Source: Bugula neritina (Eukaryota > Animalia > Bryozoa). Taken from it: a DNA stretch of 64,000 nt. Location of the stretch: assembly GCA_964035545.1 (NCBI GenBank), contig OZ037766.1, positions 16,792,722 through 16,856,721 of the forward strand. Reading direction: 5' to 3'. Below the pieces are notes generated by a model that saw nothing but the letters and a program-made list of their open reading frames with translations, did no database searches and was not told where the DNA came from. Positions 60,469 through 64,000 of this stretch are shown one piece after another. Positions within the stretch are counted from its first letter, which is position 1. Each line of letters starts with the position of its first letter. The position numbers were made by a program, and so were the translations under genes.

Positions 60469-63400
60469 TTAACACTTTTTCTTTCTGACTGCCGCGTCAC
60501 CACCACTAGGCTCTTTGGCTACTTTACTTTTCTTTAGAGACTTATCATGGGCTGAGTGCCTGGGACTGACTTTGGAGTGCGTGTGTAAGAATATGTGTGT
60601 TCTGAGGTAGAATTTCCAAATGGTAAATATTAAAAGGCATATAATGGCAGAGAGCCAGAACACGCACATGTGGAATGGAATAGGTTTAAATACTGTTTGA
60701 GGTTCAAATTTCATTGAGACCAAAGCTTCCGTTATAATAATGGTCGCTATAATCCAAGATTGTCTGCCAAATCTTTCACAGTTCCTACAAAAATCAAGAA
60801 TTTATAAAATTCAAGTTGATTTTACAAAAGTTGATTTAGATGCTAAAAGAAGGCTGGTCTATAATTACTAGAGCATTATCAGTGGTACCAGGGCTCCAGT
60901 ATTTCAACAAAGTTATAGACAGACCGATACAAAGATTTTAAAGACCAACACTGAATAAAATAAGAAAAGACAACTCCAGTTTACAACCTACCACAATTAT
61001 TATTGAAAATATTTCACTTTCTATAACTCAGGCACACTGGGTTTAGTTAGAACAAACAATGATACTTTTTTTACAGGATCAACAAATAGTGAAAACTGAT
61101 GGAACATCAGATAAACTGCTACTTTACAGGTTATCATGATCTGCTGTTGCATTAAAAATGATTTTATAGGCAGTTTTACTTTCTGTTATCTCAGTAGGGA
61201 CAGCAAAACCTCTAAAAATGTCATCAATCACAATATTCCATCACAAAATGCTGTCAAACTGACTAAATTAAATTTAGTTTAGACTTACACCAAAATAAAC
61301 ATTACATCTACACTTACGGATTGTCTAGGTACTCAAAGGTTTCCCTCATAGCCACAGTGCCCCAGAGAGCAATAAACACAATTCGTATGATGCAGAGGGT
61401 GTGGTCAGGAGCCAGCCATAATATCAACTTGAGGTAGAAGTTGTTCAACTCAGCCATTATAAACTACAAGTATTGTTAGGTGGTATTTCAGTTGGAATAT
61501 TGCAGCATGGGTTATAGTAGCAAAAATATAGAAATATTAAATGCTAAAATGTTGATAAGTTGAATATTCTTGAACCAAAGAAATGTAATGCTTTGCATTT
61601 TGAAACTACAGTGAACTTTGGATGAGTAAAAAGTTAAATTTGCTAAAAATTATAAACAATAGCATTGAGGAATCACGTTGAAGACGACATCAAACTTTGC
61701 TGGAACCACTGCAACATGAACCAATTTACTACAACTAGGAATTGCTATACAAAATAGGAAGAATAAGACTTGACATGACAACTCACCATTGCAATCACCC
61801 CCAGCATGGCACACCACCTCTTCAGACTAAGAGTTGGCTTCCATTCAAAGTCTGTCCAGCTGTAAGGAGTGAACTGTGCAGCAAGTCTCTGGAACTTCTC
61901 TCGGTAAGATGGAAGATTCCAGATGCCTCGCCAGTGGTACTTCTTCCATGAGAGATAGTCTAGTGTCCTCATGCCCAGCCAGATACCCATTCCATTGCAT
62001 ACTATTATATCCATAATCCACTGCATCAAACAGAAATTATACATCATATTACGTATATTCAGTAGTCACCTGTATGCAGTAGTTACACTACACCAATTAC
62101 TACATCAAATCTGAACAGAAAATACCGCTCTTCGAACAATGAGCGGGAACTCAGCAATCAAAGAGTCTTACTACTATCTGTTTAACAAGGATTCCACAAC
62201 ATGTACACATAAAATGAATTTGGTTGGGTATACAACTCTTATGTTGTGTTTGTGTTGCAGTCAAAATATTTCTGCAGATTTTAGTAAGACATAGGTATAT
62301 GTAACTAGTAAAGTTGCGTTTATACTTTCATGATTTTCAGTCAGAAATTCAATTTGGCTGAGTTGAAATTTCACCGATTTGTGTTGCATTGTAAAAGCCA
62401 CTAATCAAAATTTTTGGCTTGTGATAACGTAACCTGCCGATTTGAGAATAACAATCAATGGGAATGATAACTCCTTGTAGATAGGCCTATCGGTATTCAT
62501 GTTTATAATTATATTGGCTGCCTTTCTAAATTATCACTTTTATGCTGACAACTCAACTAATTCATTACGTTTTCAAAGAGCATCAAATAGTGATTAGGCG
62601 AGTTATATTTGAATATTAGAAAGTAAGCTTCGACATTAATATGACTTTAGTAAAACTATAGAGGAGTACAAGTGATATTAACTGAAACTCGGAACTTTTC
62701 AGTAAAGGTGTAAACGTAACTTTAGCCTTGCTTTGGGTTTATGTCTTGCAGAAAGTCATAATAAAAAGAAGTTAAAAAAAGATGCGTATATTCAAAATTG
62801 ACTGCATAAGCTGAGTTTTTACAATTGGTGCCAGTCTACCAATAGACAGTGAAAAAACATACGTGATCCCACCAGCATTCGGCAAAGTTCGGCACTTGGT
62901 GCTCCAGTGTGTACTCCATCACCTCAAACAGAATACTGAGTGTGTGACACAGCCAATAGTCTCTCAGCATAAGAGTCTTGATCCACCAGCCAAAGAAATG
63001 AGTCGGCACAAACAAATCAAACTTTTCCTACCAATCACAGCAGTCGTTACAGAGAATAAATGCATATTTACAGTTGGAACTTTTATTGCTGATTTGGAGC
63101 TGCTCTCGTATTTTATATAAATATTTATAACATTATTTTACCAATTTGCTATTCATTGATATAAACCGAAATTCCATAGCTTTATCTATGAAGTCATCAA
63201 TACAATCTCCAGAATATGACAAGTAAGTAATTCTTGAAACACTCATAACTTTAATACTCAATTAGCTTTACAGCATCTAGATAAGATAAATACAAAAGAG
63301 CAGGCAGCTCATCCGATCTTTAGTATGGCACCCGGTCACATTGCAATATGGACATCTTGATACACATGCAAGGTGAAGCATATTTTCTGGCTAATATTTC

Positions 63401-64000
63401 TGTACTTATTAACTCTGATACTAAATATAACATAGATATTATAATATAAAATATAATTGAAAATATTAATTTATTTGAACTACTAAATGTACATAACTTA
63501 TTCACATTACATCCAAATAATCAAAAAAGAATCTTGTATATTGAAATTTCCTAAACTTGCAAGTTGATATCTTACTGAACTAGCCAGCCATTGAGATATC
63601 TTACTGGACTAGCCAGCCATTGAGATATCTTACTGGACTAGCTAGCCATTGAGGTATCTTACTGGACTAGCCAGCCATTGAGATATCTTACTGAAACACA
63701 ACCTTTAATCAATCCTTCATAAAAAGAATGGTAATAGTAATAGTACTTTTCTCATGTTAATTATTTTTAACAGCACTATTATCATAGAAAAATACTTAGT
63801 ACCAACAAGAGAAATAAATAAAATACCGACATATAACATTACTGGTTAAGCAGAAGTATAAGTTACCTACTTATAGTCAGCCAAATACTTACTATAACGT
63901 TGTGCCACGGGTCAGCGGGATTGGCGGCATCATATATCACACAGTTATTGGCATAACTTCTCTCGGGCAGGGGAACACCTAACTTTGGGTCAAATACCTT
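60469..64000 (-). CDS. PTDSS2: Phosphatidylserine synthase 2, 3' part (gene continues beyond the window)
   Basis: Minus-strand exons: 64000-63893 ([27 protein letters not shown]), 63027-62863 ([40 protein letters not shown]), 62020-61787 ([24 protein letters not shown]), 61463-61318 ([23 protein letters not shown]), 60784-60469 (TAA). The [11 protein letters not shown] and W.KTLM.RD motifs favour the PSS2 subfamily over PSS1. Confidence 0.92.
63566..63694. repeat. 29-bp minisatellite (GATATCTTACTGGACTAGCCAGCCATTGA), about 4.4 copies, in a PTDSS2 intron
   Basis: Head-to-tail near-identical units with no spacers. Confidence 0.92.

Noticed and set aside
63566-63694. 29-bp repeat of CRISPR-like length
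   Set aside because: No spacers; it is a simple intronic minisatellite.

Overview
This is AT-rich, CpG-depleted, intron-containing animal DNA, probably from a protostome invertebrate (inference). There are no prokaryotic features such as CRISPR arrays, operons or rRNA. I assembled five protein-coding genes by hand from GT-AG splice sites with consistent codon phases. (1) The 3' portion (24 exons, about 3,320 codons) of a giant secreted mucin/hemolectin/SCO-spondin-like gene on + (118-19093). It has five CysD/WxxW-type domains, TIL-like, F5/8C discoidin, LDLa and VWC-like modules and a C-terminal cystine knot. It also has three exonic arrays (about 66 copies in total) of an 84-bp unit encoding a Gly/Pro-rich, charge-balanced 28-mer instead of a classical PTS mucin repeat. 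(2) A 4-exon, 355-aa basic protein I cannot assign to a family (+, 21131-25636). (3) NOL6/Utp22 (+, 21 coding exons, 35214-52294). (4) A muscarinic acetylcholine receptor of the invertebrate B type with a single coding exon (-, 53109-54836). (5) The 3' part of phosphatidylserine synthase 2 (-, 60469 to beyond 64000). Other features are a 5'-truncated RTE-like LINE pseudogene, two clear PIF/Harbinger-like MITEs, one degraded inverted-repeat element, a possible tRNA-derived SINE head and several micro/minisatellites. A CpG-rich promoter candidate is followed by a zone of nested micro-duplications and fold-backs. The best candidate for an undescribed system is the mucin-framework protein carrying homogenised resilin/silk-like repeats, a possible elastomeric or adhesive gel former.
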